A DNA stretch of 45,044 nt from a virus. Lineage: Duplodnaviria; Caudoviricetes. Shown here piece by piece: positions 1 to 7,318 of this stretch. Location of the stretch: IMG/VR virus record IMGVR_UViG_3300037424_000451, positions 1-45,044 of that record; one strand, given 5' to 3'. Made by a program: the position numbers and the translations under genes. The notes beneath the pieces are model-generated. The model was not told where the DNA came from, ran no database searches, and worked only from the letters and a program-made list of their open reading frames with translations. Numbering within the stretch: the stretch's first letter is position 1; the number at the start of each line of letters is the position of its first letter.

Positions 1-84
1 TTCTGGGTGGGATGACGGCATCCCGATCCAATCCGGTTCACCGTTTTTGTTTATCGGTTGTCCACAGTAATTACATCGTTTCAT
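1..84 (-). CDS. Small hypothetical protein with CxxC, truncated by window edge (MKRCNYCGQPINKNGEPDW...)
   Basis: Read manually; AGGAGGAG SD upstream of ATG at 84. Confidence 0.65.
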   Translation of the reverse strand, partial: MKRCNYCGQPINKNGEPDWIGMPSSHPE

Positions 85-95
85 ATCTCTCCTCC

Positions 96-233
96 TCAGG
101 CCATCAGCGGCCGATAGATTGTTGATTCATATCGCCTGGCCATCCTGCGGGCCAGATCCCTCCCGATCCCCAAGTCCACTAAGCGGCAGTAGATGTGGAG
201 GGGATTGAAGATGTGGTTGATTATTGAGCGCAT
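96..233 (-). CDS. 45-aa hypothetical protein (MRSIINHIFNPLHIYCRLVDLGIGRDLARRMARRYESTIYRPLMA)
   Basis: Read manually (below ORF-track cutoff); AAGGAGGGG SD; fits the leftward gene array. Confidence 0.75.
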   Translation of the reverse strand: MRSIINHIFNPLHIYCRLVDLGIGRDLARRMARRYESTIYRPLMA

Positions 234-262
234 ACAATCCCCTCCTTTCAGGGTTTAATAGG

Positions 263-562
263 TTAAAGAACGTTCAGGTGTACGTTGACGCATTCTGCCG
301 AGTATCCAGTGCGCCCAGAGGCTTTGATGGTGATCGACTGGATTTCGACAAAAGCCCTGTGCCATTTGTCCCGGCATGCCTGACATCTGTCCGTGTACTC
401 ATCGGGTTTTATCACGCAGGTGCAGCCGGGGGCGTGGTCCAGGGTGGCATAAGACTTCAGCCATCCCCATGCGGTTCCAGTTCCATGTTTCACCCTGGCG
501 GTCGTGTAGCCAGCGGCAACCAAAGCCTTCTTAACTGCCCTTGTCTCTTCTTTTCGGTCCAT
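263..562 (-). CDS. Hypothetical early protein, Cys-containing
   Basis: 99-aa ORF with GAGGAGG SD. Confidence 0.75.
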   Translation of the reverse strand: MDRKEETRAVKKALVAAGYTTARVKHGTGTAWGWLKSYATLDHAPGCTCVIKPDEYTDRCQACRDKWHRAFVEIQSITIKASGRTGYSAECVNVHLNVL

Positions 563-583
563 GGTTCTTCCTCCTCTTAGTGT

Positions 584-638
584 TTAACCCGTCCATCCCT
601 GCCCGCATCCCGTGATACAGGCAGAGGGAAGGGGTTAA
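584..638 (-). other. Long intergenic stem-loop in leftward transcript
   Basis: Minus strand CTGCCTGTATC-ACGG-GATGCGGGCAG pairs with two G:U, closed by TTAACCC/GGGTTAA. Confidence 0.55.
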
Positions 639-838
639 GCTCCAAAGTTTTCGGGGTGATCCGGGCAAGGAATTGCCCGCCCGCATTTCGTGCAGGACCT
701 GGCAAAAAAGCCGGTAGAGTCTTCTTCTCTGAGTCGCGCTTTCGCGGCTGATCCTATCGGGTTATTGTGGCAATCCCTGGCGTAGGATACCAGGGAACAA
801 GTTTCGCATTTCCATCCGTTTTGCGTACAGTAACTCAT
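635..838 (-). CDS. Cys-rich putative zinc-binding small protein
   Basis: 67 aa, CETC and CTKC motifs; GAGGGAGG SD. Confidence 0.7.
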   Translation of the reverse strand: MSYCTQNGWKCETCSLVSYARDCHNNPIGSAAKARLREEDSTGFFARSCTKCGRAIPCPDHPENFGA

Positions 839-900
839 GATATCCCTCCCTCTAGGTTAATGGTTCAAGCGAGGCCGTGAGTAGCCTAAAAAAGAGGTTG

Positions 901-1134
901 TCATACTGTGTAATCATCTAAGTCACATTTCCTGTACCAACCGCGCCGAAGGCTGGTTTCGATCCAGTCCCTCCGTTTAAGCAGTTTGGCGTTTTGGACC
1001 GGATTATTCCAAAAAAGAACGAATCCGTCTCCGTCTTTCGTGTCAAGCTGCGCCAATTTTCTGTTGAGATCCGCTAATTCGACAGCTAACAGGCCGTTTT
1101 CCCTTTTGCCTATTTTGTGTTTTTGGATGTCCAT
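901..1134 (-). CDS. Hypothetical protein, first gene of leftward operon
   Basis: 77-aa ORF with AGGGAGG-type SD. Confidence 0.75.
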   Translation of the reverse strand: MDIQKHKIGKRENGLLAVELADLNRKLAQLDTKDGDGFVLFWNNPVQNAKLLKRRDWIETSLRRGWYRKCDLDDYTV

Positions 1135-1321
1135 ATCCCTCCCCTCCCTTGTTCTCCCGGCCTCTCTTCAATCATTAACCCTTGCGCCTTAGTGCCTGGT
1201 CTGTCTCGGTAGCTCTCTGTGGCTATCCTGCCCATCCTTGTCCAGGCGTCCCCTGTTCGCGCTCTCTATTTTCGGTCTGTGGTCCCGTTGTCAATGTTCG
1301 TCGAAGTCGAGTTCTAAATAC

Positions 1322-1337
1322 AGCAAGTCGCATGCCA
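1322..1337 (-). promoter_or_regulatory. sigma54 (RpoN) -24/-12 promoter for leftward genes
   Basis: Minus strand TGGCATGCGACTTGCT matches TGGCAC/T-N5-TTGCW with exact GG-N10-GC spacing; intergenic and oriented to the leftward operon. Confidence 0.75.
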
Positions 1338-1416
1338 TATATCATGATATACTGACGCAATCGTAATTGATTAGTTAATGCGGATAGTTGCAAGCATGTC
1401 AGCATGTAATCGACGA

Positions 1417-1440
1417 GTGTCTCAAGTTAAAATGAGACAC
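1417..1440. promoter_or_regulatory. Palindromic protein-binding site (candidate enhancer/UAS)
   Basis: GTGTCTCA-N8-TGAGACAC perfect inverted repeat ~80-100 bp upstream of the sigma54 site. Confidence 0.55.
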
Positions 1441-1535
1441 AAAAAGTGACGTAAATTTGTAATTTGTAGAAGCACGCCAGTAAAGGCTTTGCAGAGTTTA
1501 ATAGCAAAATATGCTGTAAATATAGGGATGCAAAA

Positions 1536-1554
1536 ATTGTCAAAAAATGACAAT
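1536..1554. promoter_or_regulatory. Second palindromic site
   Basis: ATTGTCA-N5-TGACAAT inverted repeat in AT-rich DNA. Confidence 0.45.
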
Positions 1555-1622
1555 ATTTGTCACTTGTTCGTCATGGTGGAATACTAAAAATCGTCTTGAC
1601 GAGTAAAAGAAATAAGTTTCCA

Positions 1623-1674
1623 ATTTGAAGTACCTAATTCAAGTACGCATTTGAAGTACGCGTTTGAACTAACA
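1623..1674 (+). repeat. 4 x 13-bp imperfect tandem repeat
   Basis: ATTTGAAGTACCT, AATTCAAGTACGC, ATTTGAAGTACGC, GTTTGAACTAACA. Confidence 0.8.
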
Positions 1675-2179
1675 CAGAGATAGGGCATGATTACATCCAC
1701 GGATCACACATTGATAATCAGGATCGCCAGGGAGTATCTGCCCTCATGGTCCGGATATGGAGCTCACCCTGTCCGGCCAGTTCACAATCAGCCCTCGCCA
1801 TTAGGTGGGGGTTTTGCGTTTATAGGGTCTGAAACCGTGTGGCCTCTGAGCCAGATGGCCGATCGCCCAGCCAGGCCAAGTAAGAGCTGGGGTAACGGAT
1901 AAAACGAGCGCCTTCTAAACCTAAGGGGCGGGGCCTTGAGGATGCTGGGGGCGCCGCTAAAGCAGATTCCAGAGCTAAATAAATACACTCAAGGGATGCA
2001 GGCAGGCTCGATAAATCACACGGATAGGCAAAAGTCATGGCAAATCAAATCTTTACGGTCAAGGTCCCTAGGACATATGATATATCACTCTTTATAAAGC
2101 CTGTTATAAGAGTTGGTGAAGTACAGAGGTTGAAATTAAGAAGGGACCGCGCGTGAGGATGAGGAGGTAATAGGGTGTT

Positions 2180-2425
2180 TTGGTTATGGTTCAGAGACAT
2201 GCTGTTCGCAATAAAAGGGGATCGGTCGGTCCTAGGGGACACCACAAGGGAATTCATCGACCGTTACCCAAGGCTGATGTATCTGGGGTCGTGGGAATGG
2301 TACAGGGGTTGAAGCCTTCACCCTGGGATGAGCCTCTCTTCGGCCAATATCTCCGGGCGCTGAAGGCCATGGGTCGACCGCTGCCGAGGCTGAGGAAGTT
2401 TCCCCGTAAGGAGGGGGTGGCGTGA
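2180..2425 (+). CDS. Basic hypothetical protein (start uncertain)
   Basis: 81-aa ORF whose end carries the SD for the next gene. Confidence 0.4.
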   Translation: MVMVQRHAVRNKRGSVGPRGHHKGIHRPLPKADVSGVVGMVQGLKPSPWDEPLFGQYLRALKAMGRPLPRLRKFPRKEGVA

Positions 2426-2626
2426 ATGAAGCTCTTCCATTTCATCCTTGAGAACCGCAAGGGTAAGCTGGTCCAGGTCAAGACCAGGAGCCTGCGTCTC
2501 ATAAGGGCCATGCAGCACAAGGGGTTCACTATAGTCAAGGCGGGTCGGTCAGTGAGTAGGTTCCCTCCCCGGCAAGGTGGCTCGAACCTACCGGGCGTCC
2601 CCTCAAGATGGCAGGACTGGCGATAA
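2426..2626 (+). CDS. Basic hypothetical protein
   Basis: AAGGAGGGGG SD; abuts previous stop. Confidence 0.55.
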   Translation: MKLFHFILENRKGKLVQVKTRSLRLIRAMQHKGFTIVKAGRSVSRFPPRQGGSNLPGVPSRWQDWR

Positions 2627-2818
2627 CAGGGTGCGAGATCCTGTATATCGTAGCCGATTTACGTGCGTCGCACCGCCGTAATCGGTGTGGCTGGCCAGGT
2701 AAGCCGTTTCCTCAAGAGGACGCCAGCCATAAACTTTTCGCGCCCCCTGCCCGCGCCTTACGGGAGTGTGGGGGCCAGCGAGTAACGCCGAGAGGCTGAG
2801 AGGATAACAGGGAGGCTT

Positions 2819-3058
2819 ATGATCATCCAAAACCGTGAACACTGGCGAACATCAAACGAGCTCGCCTACGTAGACGCCCTGGCGTCCTGGGCCTGGCGCA
2901 AATGGTGTGAGAGCCCCCCGGACATCACTGACGACGCGCTCCTGAGCAATTACATCAAGGGGGCTGAGCATCGGAAGAGGTACAAGACATGGGGGACGGT
3001 GGAAGCCGATGAGGTCATCAAGCGAGCCAGGGCGCATCTGGACAAAGTGAAGGGATGA
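2819..3058 (+). CDS. Hypothetical protein
   Basis: 79 aa, GGGAGG SD. Confidence 0.7.
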   Translation: MIIQNREHWRTSNELAYVDALASWAWRKWCESPPDITDDALLSNYIKGAEHRKRYKTWGTVEADEVIKRARAHLDKVKG

Positions 3059-3089
3059 CAGTGGGCGGTCGGTAACAAGGGAGGGGCAC

Positions 3090-3428
3090 ATGGAAGACAT
3101 GGGGGGAAACAGGATACATCCAATGGCAGGGATGGGGCAGACACATCTGATTTATGCTGGTAAAGAGGGCATCATGGAGGTCCATGGAGATTTTGGGCAG
3201 CACAAGGTGACGAAGGGTCCACGACAGTCCCAAGTAGCCGAGCAGACTTATTCACAAAACGAAGTGAGCGAGATCCTTTGCGAAGCCTGCAAGCTGGGAG
3301 TGAGGTCAGTCAGCACAGATGGCGTTTGGGCTCACCGTATCAATGGCCAGGATATTCCATGCCTTGCGGATGAATGGCGCAGGAAATCATCGCAGATTTT
3401 GTTAAACAAGGAGAGACGAGATGACTGA
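3090..3428 (+). CDS. Hypothetical protein (start uncertain)
   Basis: AGGGAGGGG SD; overlaps next start. Confidence 0.5.
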   Translation: MEDMGGNRIHPMAGMGQTHLIYAGKEGIMEVHGDFGQHKVTKGPRQSQVAEQTYSQNEVSEILCEACKLGVRSVSTDGVWAHRINGQDIPCLADEWRRKSSQILLNKERRDD

Positions 3429-3576
3429 CCTCCCCTCCATCCTGGATGTCCCGATGCTCTGCCCGGTCTGCGGGTTTAGGTTCACTGTCGGCCAGGGATT
3501 TCCGGACGTTGACGGTGACGGAGGCATTGGCTGCCCGATATGTTTCGCGGTGGCGAAGGAGGCTTATGATGCCTGA
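3421..3576 (+). CDS. 51-aa zinc-ribbon protein (CPVC...CPIC)
   Basis: Read manually: MTDLPSILDVPMLCPVCGFRFTVGQGFPDVDGDGGIGCPICFAVAKEAYDA; AAGGAG SD. Confidence 0.7.
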   Translation: MTDLPSILDVPMLCPVCGFRFTVGQGFPDVDGDGGIGCPICFAVAKEAYDA

Positions 3577-3841
3577 TATCGCATGGATTGCTTTCTTAGC
3601 AGCCTGCACTGATCTCATCTGTTCCCTACTGTTCCCTCTGCCACCTTCCCATCCCGTACCCCTGCCAGGCGCATTACGGGGACGATGGCGGGCCGATCTG
3701 CACGGGGTGTGTGTAGGTAGGGGCCTGGTAGTCATCAAGGCCACCGAATGGCCTACCGGGACACCCTTCACGTCCGGTTATCACAGAACTGAGGAGTTGG
3801 GCGCTGACGACCGTCTCGTCGCGCATGTGGGGGAGTGGTGA
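3566..3841 (+). CDS. Hypothetical protein with hydrophobic N-terminus
   Basis: AAGGAGG SD before ATG 3566/3569; stop overlaps terS start. Confidence 0.45.
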   Translation: MMPDIAWIAFLAACTDLICSLLFPLPPSHPVPLPGALRGRWRADLHGVCVGRGLVVIKATEWPTGTPFTSGYHRTEELGADDRLVAHVGEW

Positions 3842-4548
3842 TGGCAACCGAGCTTGACAACTTGCCGGATGAGGAACTCACAAAGAACGATCCCCGTTTT
3901 TCCCCGGAAACCATTCATTGGCTGGATGAAATGGAACGGGAGTCCATGGGTGCGGCGAAGCAGTTTGTACGGGATAACAATATCCAGGAATGGATATTCC
4001 TAGAGGCCTATCTGAACTCTGACAGCCGGGGATTCAATAACCCCAAGGAAGCGGCCAGGATCGCTTGGCCAGCCCTAAGCCCGTTGTCTCACCATGCCAA
4101 AGGTCGCCTGATGGCCCTGAAGCATCAGGATCGTATCAAGGCGTGGCTGGATGAGGAAGGGTATACGCCGGAGAAGATCAAACTCCATACGGCTCGATGG
4201 TTCACCATGAAAGAACCCAAGTACCAGAAGGTTAGTGGGGCGGTGGACCCTTCGAAGCTCCCTTCGAATGCCCGTGTTCTGACTGAGACAGGCCGGATAT
4301 ATGAAGACAAGGGTGAGGGTAGCGCAGATCGATATGGGACAGGGGAAACCATCATTGAGATCCAAATGGAGTCACCCCACCAACTGAAGGCCCTTGAGTT
4401 GGCATCGAAGCATCAGGGGATGCTGAAGGAAAGGGTGGAGTTGCCCGAACTGACCGGACTCCTGTCCGACATTTACCGGGCGATCATAGACAAGTCTTCC
4501 GGGATACCGAAACCCCCCGGAGCGGAGCAGGATGGCACAGACGATTAA
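3841..4548 (+). CDS. terS: Terminase small subunit
   Basis: Immediately upstream of and overlapping terL; C-terminal KALELASKHQGMLKERVE resembles the TerS KALELLGKHLGMF motif. Confidence 0.75.
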   Translation: MATELDNLPDEELTKNDPRFSPETIHWLDEMERESMGAAKQFVRDNNIQEWIFLEAYLNSDSRGFNNPKEAARIAWPALSPLSHHAKGRLMALKHQDRIKAWLDEEGYTPEKIKLHTARWFTMKEPKYQKVSGAVDPSKLPSNARVLTETGRIYEDKGEGSADRYGTGETIIEIQMESPHQLKALELASKHQGMLKERVELPELTGLLSDIYRAIIDKSSGIPKPPGAEQDGTDD

Positions 4549-6229
4549 CCCACAGGCCATGCGGCAAGCGTTTGAGCAAATGATGGGGCTCCATGCTGAG
4601 GACCCACGAAGGTGGCGTCTAGATAACCTCTATTGGATCATCGATGAGCAGGGGCAGGAGGTTCAGTTCAAAATGAACCTTGTTCAAAAGCTCTTGTACT
4701 TCGGCCTGCACGAGTGGAATGTTGTACTTAAGTCCCGGCAACACGGGATTACGACATTCGCTTGTCTTCTGGCCCTCGACCTCTGTATCAGTGTCCCCAA
4801 CATGAGCACGGCCATTATCGCCCATAACCAGGAGGATGCGGAGCAGTTTTTTAAACGCAACGTCCGACATGCTTTTGACAAGTTGCCGGATGAACTCAGA
4901 ATGGCGATCGGATCTCCGGATACGAAGAACACCCGTGAACTGGCCTTCCCCAATGGCTCGTCTGTGCGGGTTACGACCTCCGGCCGGTCTGGGACCTATC
5001 AGTTTGTCCATGTTTCGGAGCTGGGGAAGATCTGCGCCAAGTGGCCCGATAAGGCCGCCGAGATCAAGACTGGGACCCTCAACACGGTCCACCCGGGTTC
5101 ATGGGTCATCATTGAGGGGACGGCTGAGGGCAAGGAGGGGATGTTCTACGAGGTCTGCATGAGGGCACTGGAGATGCAGCGTAAGCAACAGCCCTTGACT
5201 CAACTGGACTATGCCTTCCACTTCTTCCCATGGTACATCAATCCGCTCAATAAACTGTCCTCGGCCGACACTCTGAAGGTCATCATATTCGATGGGGATC
5301 GGAAGTATTTGGACAAGTTGGATGCTCAACTGGCCCTGAATCCTCAGTATGGGGTATCGAAGCTCACACCTCAACAGCGCGCCTGGTACGTGACCAAGAA
5401 GAAGGACCAAGGGGAGTTCATGCTACGGGAACATCCATCGACCCCAGAGGAAGCCTTTCAGGTTTCCATCGAAGGGGCCTATTACGCGACCCAGATGGCA
5501 CAGGCGTACAAGGACGGAAGGATTACCCATGTTCCCCATACTCCCGGTATCCTGGTTGATACTTGGTGGGACATCGGCGTAGGGGACGAGACGGCCATCT
5601 GGTTTACCCAGAACGTAGGGCGTGAGATCCATGTGCTGCGTTACTTCCAGGCCTCCGGGGAGGGCATCCAGTTCTACAAGGGTCTGCTGGATGACTATCG
5701 GGACCAGCACGGCTATCGGTACGGAATCCATGGTGCTCCCCACGATATTTCGGTCCGGGAGTGGGGCAATAATGCCAAGACCAGGTTGGCGGCTGCTGAT
5801 GCGGTTGGGATCAAGTTCACGACATGCAGCCAACTGACCTTGGAGTCCGGGCACCAGAACGTCCGGAACATCCTGGCGATCTGCTGGTTTGACCAGGAGG
5901 GCTGCACTCAGAGCTACAAGGGGAAGGGCGATACCGCCATCTTGGTAGGTCTTCCATGTCTGGAGCAATACCGGAAGGAGTGGGACGATAAGCGGACCCG
6001 ATGGAAGGATACGCCGCTGGAGAATTTTGCTATACACGGGGCAGATGCGATGAGGACTATGGGGAATCTCCACAAGTTCCGGCCCATGGTGGAGAGGATA
6101 CGGGAATCGATCTTTACTGAAGCACAGGACCTTATCAAGAGGAGCAACTATCAAATGGGGGCGGTTCCCAGGTCTGATGTCGTTACGTCCAACCGGGTGG
6201 CGAAGACAAAGCGAAGGGGGATTGTGTGA
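4532..6229 (+). CDS. terL: Terminase large subunit
   Basis: Walker A VVLKSRQHGITT, Walker B FVHVSE, coupling motif EGTAEG, RNase H-like WDIGVGDETAIWF and HGADAMR. Confidence 0.95.
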   Translation: MAQTINPQAMRQAFEQMMGLHAEDPRRWRLDNLYWIIDEQGQEVQFKMNLVQKLLYFGLHEWNVVLKSRQHGITTFACLLALDLCISVPNMSTAIIAHNQEDAEQFFKRNVRHAFDKLPDELRMAIGSPDTKNTRELAFPNGSSVRVTTSGRSGTYQFVHVSELGKICAKWPDKAAEIKTGTLNTVHPGSWVIIEGTAEGKEGMFYEVCMRALEMQRKQQPLTQLDYAFHFFPWYINPLNKLSSADTLKVIIFDGDRKYLDKLDAQLALNPQYGVSKLTPQQRAWYVTKKKDQGEFMLREHPSTPEEAFQVSIEGAYYATQMAQAYKDGRITHVPHTPGILVDTWWDIGVGDETAIWFTQNVGREIHVLRYFQASGEGIQFYKGLLDDYRDQHGYRYGIHGAPHDISVREWGNNAKTRLAAADAVGIKFTTCSQLTLESGHQNVRNILAICWFDQEGCTQSYKGKGDTAILVGLPCLEQYRKEWDDKRTRWKDTPLENFAIHGADAMRTMGNLHKFRPMVERIRESIFTEAQDLIKRSNYQMGAVPRSDVVTSNRVAKTKRRGIV

Positions 6230-6477
6230 AATATCGACGGTTCACAGTAGTCGAGAAAAAAATAGGTAGGTCAAAATATTGGTTCCACTCGTGGTGTAGA
6301 GTCCTGGCAAGATTGAACGCAGATCCAGATAAGGCCGTGTATATTTTTATACCTTTCAATCCAGAAACTATCGATATGGATGAATTTAAACAAGAAATTA
6401 ATGATGAAATATGTGCAGCGTTTCTTGAAATCTATGGAGAAAAGGTGAAACCGAGCGTAAGAAGGGGGATCGTGTGA
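6226..6477 (+). CDS. AT-rich accessory hypothetical protein
   Basis: GTGA overlap with terL; ends in shared ...IYGEKVKP..GIV tail. Confidence 0.65.
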   Translation: MKYRRFTVVEKKIGRSKYWFHSWCRVLARLNADPDKAVYIFIPFNPETIDMDEFKQEINDEICAAFLEIYGEKVKPSVRRGIV

Positions 6478-6728
6478 CGGTAGAATGTCCAAAATGTCAT
6501 GTTATCGGAAACGGTACAGGCAAGGAGGATAAAGGCCTTATGCTGGTCTCTGCTGGAGGGAATGACGGTGGTGATAATTACCCTGTGCAAGTCATGTGCT
6601 TATCATGCGGGGCAGAGGGTCCTATCAGGACAATACAGAATTATAATCGCACAAAAGCCCCCTGGGAAGCGTTTTTTAGAATCTATGGAGAAAAGGTGAA
6701 ACCAATCGGCAAATGGGGGATCGTGTGA
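6418..6728 (+). repeat. 60-bp direct repeat (6418-6477 and 6669-6728), 51/60 identical; 3' core also ends terL (6213-6229)
   Basis: GCGTTT..ATCTATGGAGAAAAGGTGAAACC..GGGGGATCGTGTGA in both copies. Confidence 0.9.
6474..6728 (+). CDS. Lar (restriction alleviation)-like zinc-ribbon protein
   Basis: CPKC...VQVMCLSCGAEGP pattern. Confidence 0.55.
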   Translation: MTVECPKCHVIGNGTGKEDKGLMLVSAGGNDGGDNYPVQVMCLSCGAEGPIRTIQNYNRTKAPWEAFFRIYGEKVKPIGKWGIV

Positions 6729-6904
6729 TGTGTACGATCAAAGAACTTGAGCAGTATGACGAGACCTTGGAGCGGTTTTTCAAGAAACACGAGGGTGAGA
6801 CAATCGGGCCCTTATTCGTTAATGATAAGCCGCAAGTGGTTCAATGGTCTGTTCCGATGGACCCCAACAAGTGGCCTGAGAATCCATTAGACGAGGAGGG
6901 TTAG
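6728..6904 (+). CDS. Hypothetical protein
   Basis: TGATG coupled start at 6728. Confidence 0.6.
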   Translation: MCTIKELEQYDETLERFFKKHEGETIGPLFVNDKPQVVQWSVPMDPNKWPENPLDEEG

Positions 6905-7123
6905 ATGTCTCTTGATTTCACCATAAGGGATGAAGTTTGCGAGAAGTTCATGGCCGACGCCATAGCGGCTATTCCTGTCTTCGACCACTGTACAGAATGT
7001 GGTGGAAACTTTGACTGGAAAGGTGAGTGGCGTTTGAACCGTAACATTGACCTTTGTTGGGACTGTTACACCAAACACAGAGAGAAGGGGGATGTCAAAG
7101 CATTAATGGAGGGCATCCAGTAA
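6905..7123 (+). CDS. Small zinc-finger-like protein (CTEC...CWDC)
   Basis: GAGGAGG SD; two CxxC pairs. Confidence 0.65.
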   Translation: MSLDFTIRDEVCEKFMADAIAAIPVFDHCTECGGNFDWKGEWRLNRNIDLCWDCYTKHREKGDVKALMEGIQ

Positions 7124-7318
7124 ATGGCTGATGAAAATAAGCATCTTTGTGAAGGTAGCATTCCACAATCTGGGTATGGTCCGGCCATCAATTATTGTGC
7201 AGAAGAGCCATATGGGTCGTTGTGGGTCGGTAACGACGAATATTCAAGCCAGGTGAATTTCTGTCCATACTGCGGATACAAAGCTAAAATTCAAATTCAG
7301 CCAGGGGAACCAATATAA
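7124..7318 (+). CDS. Small protein with C-terminal NFCPYCG zinc knuckle
   Basis: GGAGG SD; stop overlaps portal ATG. Confidence 0.65.
   Translation: MADENKHLCEGSIPQSGYGPAINYCAEEPYGSLWVGNDEYSSQVNFCPYCGYKAKIQIQPGEPI

Noticed and set aside
1358-1380. IHF site between sigma54 promoter and palindromes
   Set aside because: AT-rich and suggestive but does not fit WATCAA-N4-TTR spacing
1596-1624. Rightward sigma70 promoter TTGACG-N17-TCCAAT
   Set aside because: The -10 box lacks the conserved A at position 2; too weak to call
1623-1674. Possible CRISPR array
   Set aside because: 13-bp units are directly adjacent without spacers; no cas genes
5423-6154. 243-aa antisense ORF within terL
   Set aside because: Shadow of a GC3-biased gene; no SD or recognisable motifs
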